Part shown: in pieces, positions 35,028 through 48,395 of the stretch
Layout of the letters: every line of letters starts with the position of its first letter
Position numbering within the stretch: the first letter of the stretch is position 1
Assembly (NCBI RefSeq): GCF_048593235.1
Contig: NC_133620.1
Span: forward strand, 75,828,852-75,892,851
DNA length: 64,000 nucleotides
Origin: Sminthopsis crassicaudata
Taxonomy: Eukaryota
Direction: 5' to 3'
Notes under the pieces: generated by a model
The model's input: the letters and a program-made list of their open reading frames with translations, nothing else
Told to the model about the DNA's origin: nothing
Databases searched by the model: none
Translations under genes and position numbers: made by a program

Positions 35028-35565
35028 TTTTTTTTTTTTGTCTACAGTCATTTTATTTATTTATTTATTTTTATTTTAAAATATTTTTATTTATCAGATA
35101 CATGCATGGGTAATTTTACAACATTAACAATTGCCAAACCTTTTGTTCTATTTTTTCCCCTTCTTCCCCCCTCCCTCTTCCCCCAGATGGCAGGTTGACC
35201 AATACATGTTACTTATGTTAAAGTATAAATTTAATACAATATATGTATACATGTTCAAACAGTTATTTTGCTGTACAAAAAGAATCAGACTTTGAAATAG
35301 TGTACAATAGGCCTATGAAGGAAATCAAAAATGTAGGCAGACAAAAATAGGGGTATTGGGAATTCTATGTAGTGGTTCATAGTCATCTCCCAGAGTTCTT
35401 TCACTGGACGTAACTGGTTCAGTTCATTACTGCTCTATTGGAACTGATTTGGTTCATCTCATTGTTGAAGATGTTCACATCCATCAGAATTGATCATCAT
35501 ATAATATTGTTATTGAAGTATACAACGATCTCCTGGTTCTGTTCATTTCACTCAGCATCAGTTCA
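35028..35565 (-). mobile_element. 5'-truncated young L1 with TSD
   Basis: TSD tcttttattcatt(t/c)ct at 35012-35027/35566-35581; same subfamily as 41938-42450. Confidence 0.92.
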
Positions 35566-36564
35566 TCTTTTATTCATTCCTAAAACTTATAGGAATGATC
35601 CTGTAAGAATGAATTTTGAAACTCTTCTTGAGAATTCTCTTGAATTTCACTTCTCCATTTTATTTTGCGAACTTTTATTAATTTTCTCTAAGTTACTATG
35701 AAGATGATTTTCTAGTGCTTTAAAGACATTTCTCTCAAGTTACCGAATCAAAATAATTTCATCTTTTCAGGTTGTTCCTTGTATACTTAAAATCACCTGT
35801 AATATCTGAACACTTATAGTGAAGTCCAAATTGTGATAGATTATTCTTTTGGAATAATTTAACAAGAAAATTAATAATAATTTTTATAACTTCAAATGTG
35901 TCCAAATTCAACAATCATTCCTTGAAAAATTTAAGCCCAATACTTCTTTTGGACTGAAACTTTTAGAATCTAGGTGTCAAGCAGCAGTTGAACAAGACTG
36001 AAATATAACTGGGAAATATTTAACAAAATGAATAAAAATGCAATAGAGCATAGAAAATGTGAAAGTGTGGTTTTCTAAATATGCTTCTTATAGGGATACT
36101 TATGTAATGATTAGTGACCACCATTTCTATTTGGGTTTGATATCACTGTTACTTTGCAGACAAAGAGGGGGAAAAAAAGATGACTTTCCATATCTCTTCT
36201 TTATTTCTTGGTTTGTTTAGGAATATACCTGATGAATACTTTTATTGTTACATGTACTCACATTCATCTAACACAATTGCTGCTAGAGTTTTTTTTTTTT
36301 CTGTCATCTTCAAATTGACTTTAACAAAAAATATCAGCGAGGATATGCCACAAACATGGGGATGTGTGCATCTGTGTTAAAACAAATCACCAGTTTATAT
36401 AATTATCCTGTCTATGTCCCCTTTCAAGTTCTATAGCCAAGCATATAACCATAATTTAAAATAAAAGTTGGCAGACTTTTTTTTAGCACATCTGATAAGC
36501 CCACAGATATAATGTATGAAAGTATATCACTGGCATTCAACAAGAGGGAAGGAGAAGAGAATGA

Positions 36565-36800
36565 CCAATTACATAGCACCTACTATGTGCAGCTGTAAAA
36601 ACAAAAAGCACTTAAAACTTTTTTTTACAAATATTATCTCATTTGATCGTTACATGCCACCCTGTAAGATAGGTGCTGTTGTACAGTTGAGGAAACTGAG
36701 GCAAAAAAAAGTCAAGTGGCTTGCCTGAGTTCATACAGTATTTGAGGCTGATTTTTTAAATTTAGGTCTTTCTTGAGTCCAGGCTACTACACTGCAGTGC
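36565..36800 (-). mobile_element. MIR/Mar SINE
   Basis: 'gttgaggaaactgaggc...aagtggcttgcctgagttcatacag'. Confidence 0.75.
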
Positions 36801-36999
36801 CAACTTCTTCAATTCTCTAGTCTATCCAACTCTTTTTTTATTTCCTAGCAAAAACACATTATAATTTTCCCATTATATTTAATTTTGACTATTCTTCAAA
36901 ACAATTCTATAATCCAAAGTAAACTAGTTATTTAATCAATAAGCATGGCAAGGAGAAGGTAGATTATCTCTGTGACTTGTGACAGTGTCATTAATGTCA

Positions 37000-37690
37000 T
37001 TAAAGGAATTGAATTAAATTTTGTCTCTCTTACTCTCTCTTCCCTCTATTACTTCATGTGCTTTGATTTTCTCTCTCTATTGTTTCCCTCTTCCTAACCT
37101 GTCTCCTTCCCGCCCCCTTAACCTGGGCAATCTTTTTCCTGAGCAAGTCTACAGACCTACACTTCCATCTTTATAAACACCCTCCTGAATGCATTTATTA
37201 TAGAAGGAGAATTCCCTATCTACTTGCAGTTCTCCACATATGAGATTCTCCAAGTCACAACAGAAGCATAACCTTTCCGATTTTCTTATTTTTCACTTCC
37301 CTCAATATATTCTGTGAACTAGTGACAATGGCTTCCTTGTTCCTTTTACAGGACACTCCATCTGATAGCTGAACTTTTAATAGGCAGTCCTAAATGTCTG
37401 AAACTTTCTTTCTCCTCATCTCTGCCTCCTAGATTCCCTGAAGTATCACCTAATAGTCCTGTCCTCTGCATTTGGTCTTTTCCAGTCCTCTAACCTTAAT
37501 ACCTTCCTTCCTTCTGAGAATTTTCCTAATTTATCTCGCAATTATCTTCTTTTTACAAGGCTATTTGCATATTATCTCACCAATTAAACTGTGAAAAATT
37601 TGAGAATTATTATTTTTTGTTATTATTTTTTCTCTTTGTCCCCAACACTTGGCACAATGCCTGGAACATTATAGACAATAAATAATGACT
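37000..37690 (-). mobile_element. L2 fragments
   Basis: L2 antisense ending 'ggcacaatgcctggaacat...aataaataatg'. Confidence 0.6.
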
Positions 37691-37714
37691 AACTTATTCT
37701 AAATCTTCTTAGTC

Positions 37715-38025
37715 TGCTATATCACTGAAGGCATTATGTTGTATTATATCTCTCTTGTGCTTGGGTGGTCGCTTCATCCCCATAATTCTGATCTGTTGAT
37801 AAGTCATTGACACTGGGTCAGTGCTTCAGTTGTTGTCACTTCCATTGAGTAACTTCCCAACTTGAATACTTTGCATAATATGTCTGCATCCTTACTCTCC
37901 TAGCTACTGTGATTGCTATTAAGTTCTTCAGGGAAGACAGCTATCCCCTCCTATGGAACATTCCTGATATCTTTGTTAATACCAATATCCTTGGCTGGGT
38001 AAACCATATGTCTGACCCAGCATGA
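37715..38025 (-). mobile_element. Probable RTE-clade LINE/SINE fragment
   Basis: GC-richer repeat-like block resembling marsupial RTE-derived sequence; family not certain. Confidence 0.35.
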
Positions 38026-40251
38026 GTAATTCTAATGTTAATACTAATATTAATATACTGGAGAAGTTGAACAGAGATTGCTATGATAATCTCTCTTTTT
38101 TTTTTTTTTTTTTAGAACTATAACTGTGATTGCCATTGGAAAGAGATGATGGAAATGTAATGGAAAGAAGAGAGAAGACAAAAAGGAACAAAAAGTTACT
38201 AGTGCCCCTGTCTTTCATTTTCATAATAAATACCTTCATAGTAATATAGCTTTCATAAGGTGATTTTTTTCCCCACACAGAACACTCCTTAAAATCCACT
38301 CTTTCTTGTGGTAGAGAAGGGAAATTTTGTCATCAATAAAATATCAAACTACACCCTTGGAAAACATAATCCTGCTCAGTTTATAAAATGAAACGTGTAA
38401 AACATAGCTAATAACATCATATAATAAAATATGATCACACAAGATATCTGAACAAAGAGGTGAAAGAAAATAACTGAACTTTGCCATACATTCTATAATC
38501 CTAGAAATAAGCCTTTTTCTGTGGGTGTTCACCTTCAGAAAACTGAAGTGCTTCATACAAATGTACTAATTTGTTTCTATCATCCAGATGTTTATTTCCT
38601 TGTTTCAGGCATTTTAGCAAACAGTTTTTTTTGGGAGCAATACAGCTGTTTTACTGAAGGCACTTGCATATTATTTACTCAGAATTATGAGAGGGATGTC
38701 TTTAGGGGCAAACATGATCAAGTGCACATAGCTTATAGTCTCTTAACACTTCAGTAAGCAAGCCATCCATCACATCTACTTTTGACATCATACAGTATGT
38801 TAGCACTTATCTATTTAGCATTGTCAGGAAATGAGTAATTGTGAAATGATTTCTTCACTTGTATTTCCCATCCCAGACCACTAAGTACCTCATTTCCTTC
38901 CCTTCCTTTCTCTCCCATTGCAAAACTTTCAGGTGCCTTTTCCCTAATCTTAGAGGACTATATTTCTGATTAGCTAGTGATAGAGATCCAAAGAGGTGTA
39001 GAAGAACAGTATAAAATAATTTTTCACTCATCTGTAGCCCCCAAGTCAAACTGAATGGCTTTACCATTGTGGGAAAGATAGGTACTATGAGCAGGGTTTT
39101 GGCTTAATTGAGATGTCCTCATGGACACTCCACAGGTCACAATCTGAAACTTCAATATGGTGTGAAGATGACTTCAGGATCTTAAAAGCACTGCCAGTGG
39201 AGTATAAATTCTGACATTTATTGGACTACAAAGGCTATTAGTATGGCTTCAGGGACAAGGTTAAGTGTCCTGTCCAAGGATCATTCTATTTAAGAATGGA
39301 GAGGCTTCATCACCTATAGGTTGTTTACTAGGAGTTGAATACTTTGATTATGACAATGCAGAAAAAAAAACAAAATAAAAAAAACATTAAATAAAACTCA
39401 GTTCAGGATAGTGATGGTGGCATTGTAGAAAGCAGAAAAGAAAGCAGAAGGTCTTATAATTCAACACACTTCTTGTATATAAGCTTTAATAACAGTGAGA
39501 GTCTTAATCAATCACCAAGAAATTAGACATTCTATTGGAAAAATTGAAACACACCAGTATTAATATTCTTATATTAAAACAAAGCCAAAAAATAAAAAAG
39601 ATATCACAGCTAAATGGAAGGATGATTCATAAGGTTTCCTTGAGAAGGCAACAAAAGATTTGTCAGAATTTGTCTTTATTTTGTGTAAAGTCAATAATAG
39701 AAATCATTTTGTGGAATGATCATCTCATTTTGCAGCACTCTTGATGAGTATCAGTAAAATGATCATCATGAATAACATTGCAGATTATATACCACCATCT
39801 GTTGTAGAATATGAAAAGGTAGGTTAAAAAAAAGAATGCATATATGCACACAGATAAACATATATATATATCTATGCACATATAAAGGAAGACATATAGA
39901 TACATATAAACACACATACATATACATACATGAAGAACTACACATGTACACATATTATAAGTATGTTTACATACACATGAGTCTTTTGGATAGACTTCAA
40001 GCATAATTTTTTTTTTTTTTGCCATTCTGCTCTGAACCTATTTTTTTAATATCAAAGGCACCAAAAACCAAAGTATAAATAGATTTCATGAGAGTTTTGT
40101 AAAGTTCTTCACATACTTTTTCTACAATGTTTCTGTGCTGGCTTTTTCTTTTACCATATTCCACCAAATGCCTCCTTATTTCAGCTATTTATAGATAGAT
40201 CCCACTATTTGCCAGGTACTGGGATAAGTGCTTTACAAATGTCTCATTTGA

Positions 40252-40400
40252 GGGGAAGCTAGATGGCACAATGAATGGAGCGTCAGTCCTGAAGTCAGGA
40301 GGACCTGAATTCAAATCTGGCCTCAGATCCTTAATATGCCTTAGGTGTGTGACCCTGCACAAGTCACTCAACACCCCAATTGCCTAGCAAAAAACAAACA
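40252..40400 (+). mobile_element. Marsupial CORE-SINE nested in an older MIR
   Basis: Host MIR 'tctcatttga' / 'gatccc...gaggaaactgaggc' lies on both sides. Confidence 0.85.
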
Positions 40401-40631
40401 GATCCCAAAATATCTCAATTGAGGAAACTGAGGCAGATGAAGATTAACTCATAGATCTCTCTAGGTGATTTAAAGGGAAGTTGATATTACCTTGTCTGAC
40501 CCCTACATTTTTGAAATGATGAAATGATTCACTCAAGATCATACAGACGAGAAGTGGAAAACTAAGGATCTGAACCCAGGAACTTTGATTCCAAATCTGG
40601 CTAACTTTCCACTGCATCACACTGTTTTCTC

Positions 40632-40871
40632 ATTGTTCTTGTTTATTTTTAGTCATATCTGACTGTGGCCTCATTTAGGGTTTTCTTGGCAAAGATATTG
40701 GAGGGTTTGCTATTTTCCTTCTCCTCCTCATTTTACAGATGAGAAACAGAGATAAACACTTAAGTGAATTGTCCAGGGTCGAACAGCTCTTATGTGTCTG
40801 TGGTCAGATTTGAATTCAAATCTTCTTGACTTCAGACTGGTATTCTATCCCCTATACCACTTAGATGTCCC
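40632..40871 (-). mobile_element. Mar1-like SINE (near full length)
   Basis: RTE-type tail 'gggttttcttggcaaagatattggag', CORE and head. Confidence 0.8.
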
Positions 40872-41049
40872 TGCCTCCTCATTACAATAGATGATATAAT
40901 TTCAGAAAAGCCTCTTAAGAGATCTATCCAATAATTGGCTTTTGGAGCCAATTTGAGTTTTTAGGGAGTCTTTCCATGGCAAGACAACAACCTAAATATC
41001 AGTAGAAATAAAAGTATATAAAAGAATACATAATTTAATGTGATTATCA

Positions 41050-41245
41050 ATTCTGATGGACTCGATAATTTTCAACAATAAGGTGATTCAAGACAATTTC
41101 AATAGATTTATGATGGAGAGAGCCATCAGCATCCAGAGAGAGGACTTATGGGTACTGAATATGGATCATTGCATAGCATTTTCACCTTTTTTGGTGGTTG
41201 TTTGCTTGCTTTGTTTTCTTTCTCATTTTTTTCCTTTTTGATCTG

Positions 41246-41296
<51 letters not shown>

Positions 41297-41480
41297 CATG
41301 ATAATTGTGGAAATATATATAAAGGAATTGCACATGTTTAACATATACTGGATTACTTGCTGACTAGGGGAAGGGGAAGGAAGGGAGAAAGCATTTGGAA
41401 CATAAGGTTTTACAAGGATGATTGCTGAAAACTATTTTTTCATATATTTTGAAAATAAAAATCTATTATTTAAAAAAAAG
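41050..41480 (+). mobile_element. L1 3' end containing (TG)n at 41250-41293
   Basis: Same 3' UTR type as 15775-16135. Confidence 0.85.
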
Positions 41481-41937
41481 AATGCATAATGAAACTATTA
41501 AGATTGAAGACAATAATCAGTTATGTTTGTGTTCAGTACTGATGTTACCAAAAAGAATGCCTACATCTTTTTCTATTTATTTTCATTGTATTTATATATC
41601 AGGCTCCCCTCTTTTTCACTTCATTGTCATGCACTTTCCTTTCTATTTCCATATCAGAGATTATAATTTTTTAAATGCAGATAAATAGATTGAAGGTTAG
41701 ATATGGAGTCAGTAAGACCTGAGTTCAGGTTTTGTCTCAGATACTTATCAGCTGTTTTATTCCGGGCAAGTCATTTAACCTTAGTTTCTTCAATTATAAA
41801 ATGGGGATAATAATGGTACCTATATTTCAGGATTTCTATGATGATCAGATTAGGCAATGTTTATGTAGAATCTAGCATATAATTGGAGCTCAATAAATGC
41901 TAGCTTAAAAAAGATTTCATCTCTTCAAGTGAAAGAT

Positions 41938-42450
41938 TTTTTAAAAAATTATTATAGTTTTTATTTACAAGATATATGCATGGGTAATTTTTCAGCATTG
42001 ACAATTGCAAAGCCTTTTGTTCCAATTTTTCCTCTCCTTCCCCCATTCCCTCCCCTAGATGGCAGGTCGACCAATACACGTTAAATATGTTAAAGTATAA
42101 GTTAAATACAATATATGTATACATGTCCATACAGTTATTTTGCTGTACAAAAAGAATTGGACTTTGAAATAGTGTACAATTTTCCTGTGAAGGAGATAAA
42201 AAATGCAGGCAGACAAAAATAGAAGGATTGGGAATTCTATTTAGTGGTTCATAGTCATCTCCCAGAGTTCTTTCACTGGGTGTTGCTGGTTCAATTCATT
42301 ACTGCTCTATTGGAACTGATTTGGTTCATCTCATTGTTGAAGAGGACCATGTACATCAGAATTGATCATCATATAGTATTGTTGTTGAAATATATAATGA
42401 AATCATGGTCCTGCTCATTTAACTCAGCATCAGTTCATGTAAGTCTCTCC
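41938..42450 (-). mobile_element. 5'-truncated young L1
   Basis: High similarity to 35085-35565; flanked by a degenerate TSD (tctct.caag.tgaaagat). Confidence 0.9.
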
Positions 42451-44009
42451 AAGCTGAAAGATGTTTTAATATACCATGTAATTATCAAAGTATAGACTGA
42501 AATATTAATACTGAATTGTAATCTTCTGTCCTCCACAACCAATTGTGACTCTATTATCATAGGGTTTTTAAAAAATTGTTTTTTTGTTTTCATTGGTTTT
42601 GTAGATATGCCAAGAAGAAAGTGTGTGAAGTTTTATAGATCCTCAGAATAAATAACAACTCATATTTATATCATGCTTTAAATAACAACAAAACTTTATA
42701 TACATTATCTCATTTGAGTCTCACCACAATCCTTAAAAATTAAGTGCTATTCCTCTTACAGATAAAGAAATTGAGATCCAGGCTAAAGGAATTGTTTAGA
42801 ATTATACAATTTGTGGTTATCTGAAGCAAAATTCAAAGCTATTTCTTCTTGACTCTAAATCCAGTAACTCACAAATCTAAATTAAAGCCATTTACATTAT
42901 TTGGAAAAGGCTCTCTCTTACGACTTTCCATCAAAAAGTTACATTGGGCATTGTTAACAGATTCTGTATTTTGTATTCCACAGTCAACTATGCACATTCC
43001 ATGCTTGACTTTTATCTTTTAAACATTACAATGTGGGATTATTCTCAGCTCTGTCCTTTAGGCTGTTGGTCATTATCAGGACTTTTATCTTCAATGAAAG
43101 GAATGAGAATCTCAGAATTAGAAATGATGATGCTGATAGGAATTCTTCTAACAGTTCAGGGACTTTATCCATTTTGTGGTTTACCTTGATTCCATCTCTT
43201 CAGAGTTTTATAATCTGCAAAAATTAGTTTGGTTTTGTTGTGTTAGGCTTTCAAATAAACTTTCTGCAGTTTAACTGTTTTTACTTATTATCTTTTAGTT
43301 TATTTATGTATTTAGTTTAAACGAGGAAAAATGAGCTATTTTGAGAAGATACTTCCTTTAAAAAAATTCACATGTGCCTAAAAGATAATTAAATTACTTA
43401 ACAATTATCTCATCCATGCCTAATACAATAAAATAAATCTTCTTTTACCTACTGTAAATTATATCTGATGCCCATTATACATTGTAATTTTTAAAAATAA
43501 ATTTTCAATTATCTTTCAAATTTCTATTGAGAATCTCACTTTTTGACACTCTGGAATTCAGAATCTGGTTTTGAAATAGGTTTTTTTTTTTCCAGGGAAG
43601 ATGAGGATTGCATATTGTGAATAAGTGATCCATTGGGGTTAGGGGTTGTTGTACAATTAAATGGTGGTTTAATGTGAATTGGGTATGGGCAATCATGCAT
43701 ACATAGCTCAGGGCTAAAGCTGAACAAAATCCAGTTATAACCAATGTTTACTTCATTTCTTCAAGTTCATCAGAATGAGTTAATGTGTTAAATGCTTAAA
43801 TAAAGTTCCACTATCCTACCTGGCCTTCAAGGCTCTTTACCACCAAGTACTACACTATTTTTTAAACCTTATCTCATATCACTCACCTATATTTACTCTA
43901 AACTTCAGCCAAAGTGGACTGTTCTCACCCTTTGAACACATACACATTCTACTTCTACAATCTTTCTCAGGTTGACTTTTTCTGAATTGAATTTTTTAAA
44001 AATTGAATT

Positions 44010-44520
44010 TTAAAAATAATAGCCTTTTATTTTCAAGATACATGCAAATATAGTTTTAAACATTCACCTTTGCAAAACTTTGTGTTACAAAATTTTCTCT
44101 CCCTTCCCCCATTCCCCTCCCCTAAACAGCAAGTAGTTCAATATATTTTTATCAATAAAAGATTTTAAAAATCATTTAATTAAAAACTTTTGTAATTTCA
44201 AAACTTTTTTTTTACATTTGTTGTTAAGATTGTTGAATTCTAGATTCTCTCCTTTATCCCCACCTACAATTAAGAAGCCATATGTGAAGTTATGTAAAAC
44301 ATTTCTATAAAAGTCAAGTTGTGAAAGAAAACATAGTGGTTTTTTTAGGTCAAGGGATATGCATTAATGTGCAGCCCTTTGGGCACAGATCACATCTTTT
44401 GATCATTTATCAATTAGGGCATGACTCTTATTTTTGTTTTTATAAATTTGACTCAGCTCCCTCTATGTTTGAGAAATGAGACCTTTTCAGAGAAACTTGT
44501 TTCAAAATTTCTTTTTTACA
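44010..44520 (-). mobile_element. L1/HAL1-like 3' fragments (two pieces)
   Basis: L1 tail at 44010-44140; 44170-44520 resembles 320-1330 with deletions. Confidence 0.7.
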
Positions 44521-44947
44521 ATTACTGGTGCTGTAACCTTATTGAGAATGTATGTTATTTCCTATTTGAGCCACAGAATTGAATTTATAACCTGAATTAA
44601 ACATTTTTTTTAACAAAAATTTTTTTTCAACAATCCCCTAATACATATTGCATAAGGAGCTATTTGGTATCAGGCCAGGAGAATTATTACTAACTGGAGG
44701 AACCAGGGAAGGCTTCTAAGAGGAAAAGTAGCATTACAATTGATGTTAAAAGAGAAACTAAGGATGTGTGGACAGGTTTCTATTTGCTCTTACATGTTAC
44801 TATTCAAAATAAAATTTAATGTCTGTCGATCTCCATTAAATGGACTGATTTAGAAAGCTTAGTGTTATAATTAAATTCATTAAATCTTCCCATCCATTGT
44901 AAAAAAATTGTTCATAAGAATATGTTTACATATATAGGTATATACAA

Positions 44948-44950
<3 letters not shown>

Positions 44951-45019
<69 letters not shown>
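44951..45019. repeat. (TA)n(TG)n microsatellite
   Basis: Seen directly. Confidence 0.95.
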
Positions 45020-45023
<4 letters not shown>

Positions 45024-45409
45024 GTGATAATAATAGAATTGTATAATTGGAAAGGGGCTTTGAGATAATCTAATTCAAATCTTTCATTTTATGTATGAAG
45101 AAACTGAGGCTAAAAGAAATTAATAGATTTGCAAAGATCACATGAGTAACTAGTGTCAGGACTGAGACAAAAAAAAGTGGCTTGACACATCATATATAAT
45201 ATTTTCCAACACACCATGCTGCTTCCTAGGAAGGAGAGAGGAAGAGATAGGAAGCTAGGAAGAGAAGGTAACCACTTTGAAGACAGGGACTGTTTTCATT
45301 TTTGCCTTTGTATTGCAGTGCCTAGAATGTAGCAGGTGCTTAATGATAGCTTGTTGAATTCAAATGAATAATGAAATTGGTTTAGCTTCAATCAGGAGTA
45401 TTTTTTCTT

Positions 45410-46290
45410 GTGCTTCTTTTACTAGGCATTTAATTCTTTTTTTTCATGATTTTCTTGCATTATTGTCATTTATTTTCTCATCTTTTCCCCTATTTTTTAT
45501 CATTTTGTTTAACTCTGCCAGGAATTCTTCTTGGCCTGAAGTTCAATTAGCATTTTTCTTTGAGTCTTTGGTTATAACTGTTTTTGCAGCTTCTTCTGAG
45601 TCTTCCCTGCCACTATAATAGCTTTTTCTGGTCAAGTTCTTTTGTTGTTGTTTGCTCATTTTTTAGCCTACTTTTTGACTTTGAACTTTTTGTTAAAATT
45701 GGGCATTGCTTACTTGGGTGTAGTGGCACTGTCCCAAGCTTCAGGCTTTCTGTATACTGTTATTTTCAGAGTCAATTCTGAAGATCTGGAGATTTTTGGT
45801 GCTTCCAAAGTCATGTGATCCAGGGAATGGTAGAATCATTCATCTTCTGATCTGTACTCTTGTCTTTATCTGTTTATCTGTTGTGACCTGTTCTCTGATT
45901 TCATGCAGCTACAAATGCTAGTGTTCTTCTTTGACATGGAAATGTGAGCCAGAACTGCTTATGGGCTATAGAGCTGCCAATCAACACTAGCTATGTTCAG
46001 TGCTAGGAAAAGGTCCTTTATAATCTCTTTCTGACCAACTGCCCTACTCCTTTACCTTCTCTGGACTGAGAATTACATTAGCTGCATTGTTGTACTGTTG
46101 TTGTGCTCTGGGCCAGTGCCCACCTTGATGTCATAAACCTCTAAGCTGCCTTTAGCTGGAAAACTCATACTCTGACTTTTTGTTGCCCTAGTTTTGAGGA
46201 GTTATTTTAAAGTTTTTTTGGGGGAATATTGGGAGAGCTAAGCTTGATTGCTGTTTGTACTCCACTATCTTAACTCTGCTCCCTCTGGTA
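45410..46290 (-). mobile_element. L1/HAL1-like ORF1 5' part and 5' UTR
   Basis: 45410-45700 resembles 2790-3030. Confidence 0.55.
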
Positions 46291-47129
46291 AGGACAGTTT
46301 AAACATTTTTAAGAAACAAACAAACAAACTTGTACAAGCACATGACTTCTTGACAGTGATTTGGTAGTATCCTCTTCATGTAAAGAAGATGTAATATTAG
46401 TGGCTTCCTCGCAACTGTACAAAGAAACCCAAAGAAATAGGTTAGCTATAAAAAGCAAAATTCAGTGAATATTATAAAATTAGAGCTTTTGCTTGATATA
46501 AAAATGTGTAGGCTTGAGGATGAATCACATCTATTATTTCATATCCTTGTCTGCTTTGTTTTAGCATTAGTTGGAGATTTTACTGGAAGATAGTTATTAA
46601 ATATAAGATATATTATGTGTATCTGCATATATTCATATAATGCAGACATATAGACTTATTTCAATAAATCAAAAATCAATGATTTAGTTGGTGCTCCTAG
46701 TCCCCTAATCTCTAAATATAGATTTGTAAAGAATTGCTGTGAGGGAAAAAAAAAATTCATCTCTTGGTAACCAATATCCTGAGAAGGATACTCTGAACTT
46801 GACTATGTTGGTCCTTAAAAGACAGACATACATCCTATTATGTCCTGAAATCAAAAGTCTTTCTTACTTATTAGGACTTGCCAGACTGGCAAAGCTTTAA
46901 ATGCCATAAGACATTAGGGGAGAAATCTACCCAAAGAAAAATCTTGGCAAATATATTTGATGCACTTATTGTTATTATTTTTTTAATATCACTTGGTAAG
47001 ATCACATGGTACAGTCATCAAAACATTTGTTAAGCACATAGTATGTGCCAGGTAGTATGTAAATTGATGGGAATATGAGAAAAGGCAAATGATTGTCCCT
47101 GCTTTCAAAGAGCTCATCTTTTTCTTGAG

Positions 47130-47461
47130 TGTAAAGGGCTAGAACTGAACAAATGCACTTGGATAATGGAGCACGTGAGACTAATTGCCAATTATTAACA
47201 ATTATATTAACATGTTTGAAGGATGACCCTCCCCAACTATTTGGTGCTGGCTGGATCGGTGGGTATGGACAAAGGAGGGAAGTAACATGAGTGAGTGGAG
47301 TAGGAGGAGGAAAATGAGGCATTCGCTTGGCGGTGGAGAGAGAAGAAGGAGGTGTGGAGATTGCTAGATCTAATCCCGTGACTGGGACTGCAAAAAACCA
47401 AGAATAAAGACTTTTGATTGTCCTGACTCTGGTTCATTTCTGGGAAGACAGAGTTCCAGCA
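47130..47461 (+). mobile_element. Solo LTR (ERV2-like)
   Basis: TG...CA ends, AATAAA at 47403-47408, 6-bp TSD CTTGAG/CTTGGG. Confidence 0.8.
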
Positions 47462-47829
47462 CTTGGGTAGACAGGGTTTATAGGTAAAAAGCTCTCTATA
47501 TAAGATATAGAAAAGATCAGTTAGGTATTGTTTCAGAGGGAGGACACTAAGAAAAGAGTTTTGTATTTGGAGCTCAAGTCCCAGCTCTGCCACATGTATA
47601 ATCTTGGGTAAATTATGTAACTTTTCTGGGTCTTGGTTTCTTCATCTGCAGTGAGAGAATTTGACTAAATGATCTCTATATTCTCTTCCAACTCTATATT
47701 TTTAATTTTATAATTCTCTTCCTATTCTTGCTACTCTATTGTCTAGGAACCATTTATGTTTTGTACTTAAAGGCCTCTGAAAGCTTAAGCTGGAAATGCT
47801 TCTGCACAGAAAAGAAAGGGATAGTGTAT

Positions 47830-48345
47830 CTGTTTATTTCTTTAAACAATGAACACAAAGGTCTTTATGGACAACTTATATAGATAAATTTACCCAGATC
47901 TTACTTGAAAATGCCATACATAGATCAAGCGGTCCAAAGTGTGTAGTGAATTGAATCTAGCAAAGAAGGAAAACAGGAGGAACTAGGGATAGTTAGCCTA
48001 AAAAAGAGAAGCCTTAAGTGACATCTTAGCTATCTGCAAGTGTTTTAAGAGGTGTAGTGGAAAAAAGGATTAAATTTGTTTTGCTTTGTTCAAAGGAGCA
48101 GATTTAGGAGCAAATGATGGAAGTCACAGAGGAACATATTTAAGTTTAATGTAAGCAAAAACTTTGTAATAATTCAGAATATCTAAGTAAAAGGGGCTAC
48201 CTGAGGATCAATTTCCTTCCTCTTCATTGGAGGATTTCAAGCTATCTGGATGATCACTTGTCAGGTATATGGAATTAGAGATTTTGTTTGGAGATGAATT
48301 AGAATTTGAGATAGCTTCCAACTCTGAGATTATATCAAGAGCATG
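47830..48345 (+). mobile_element. L3/CR1 3' fragment
   Basis: 'ttagcctaaaaaagagaagcc...gctatctgcaagtg...ggatgatcacttgtcagg'. Confidence 0.65.
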
Positions 48346-48376
48346 ATTGGGAAATATTGTTTCTTATCTATAGCAT

Positions 48377-48395
48377 TGCTCCCCAGAGGGCGCCA
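48377..48395 (+). promoter_or_regulatory. CTCF core motif TGCTCCCCAGAGGGCGCCA
   Basis: Close match to TGGCCACCAGGGGGCGCTA, with a retained CpG in CpG-poor DNA. Confidence 0.6.

Noticed and set aside
35085-42450. Segmental duplication between 35085-35565 and 41960-42440
   Set aside because: Both are L1 3' ends of one subfamily with different flanks and their own TSDs.
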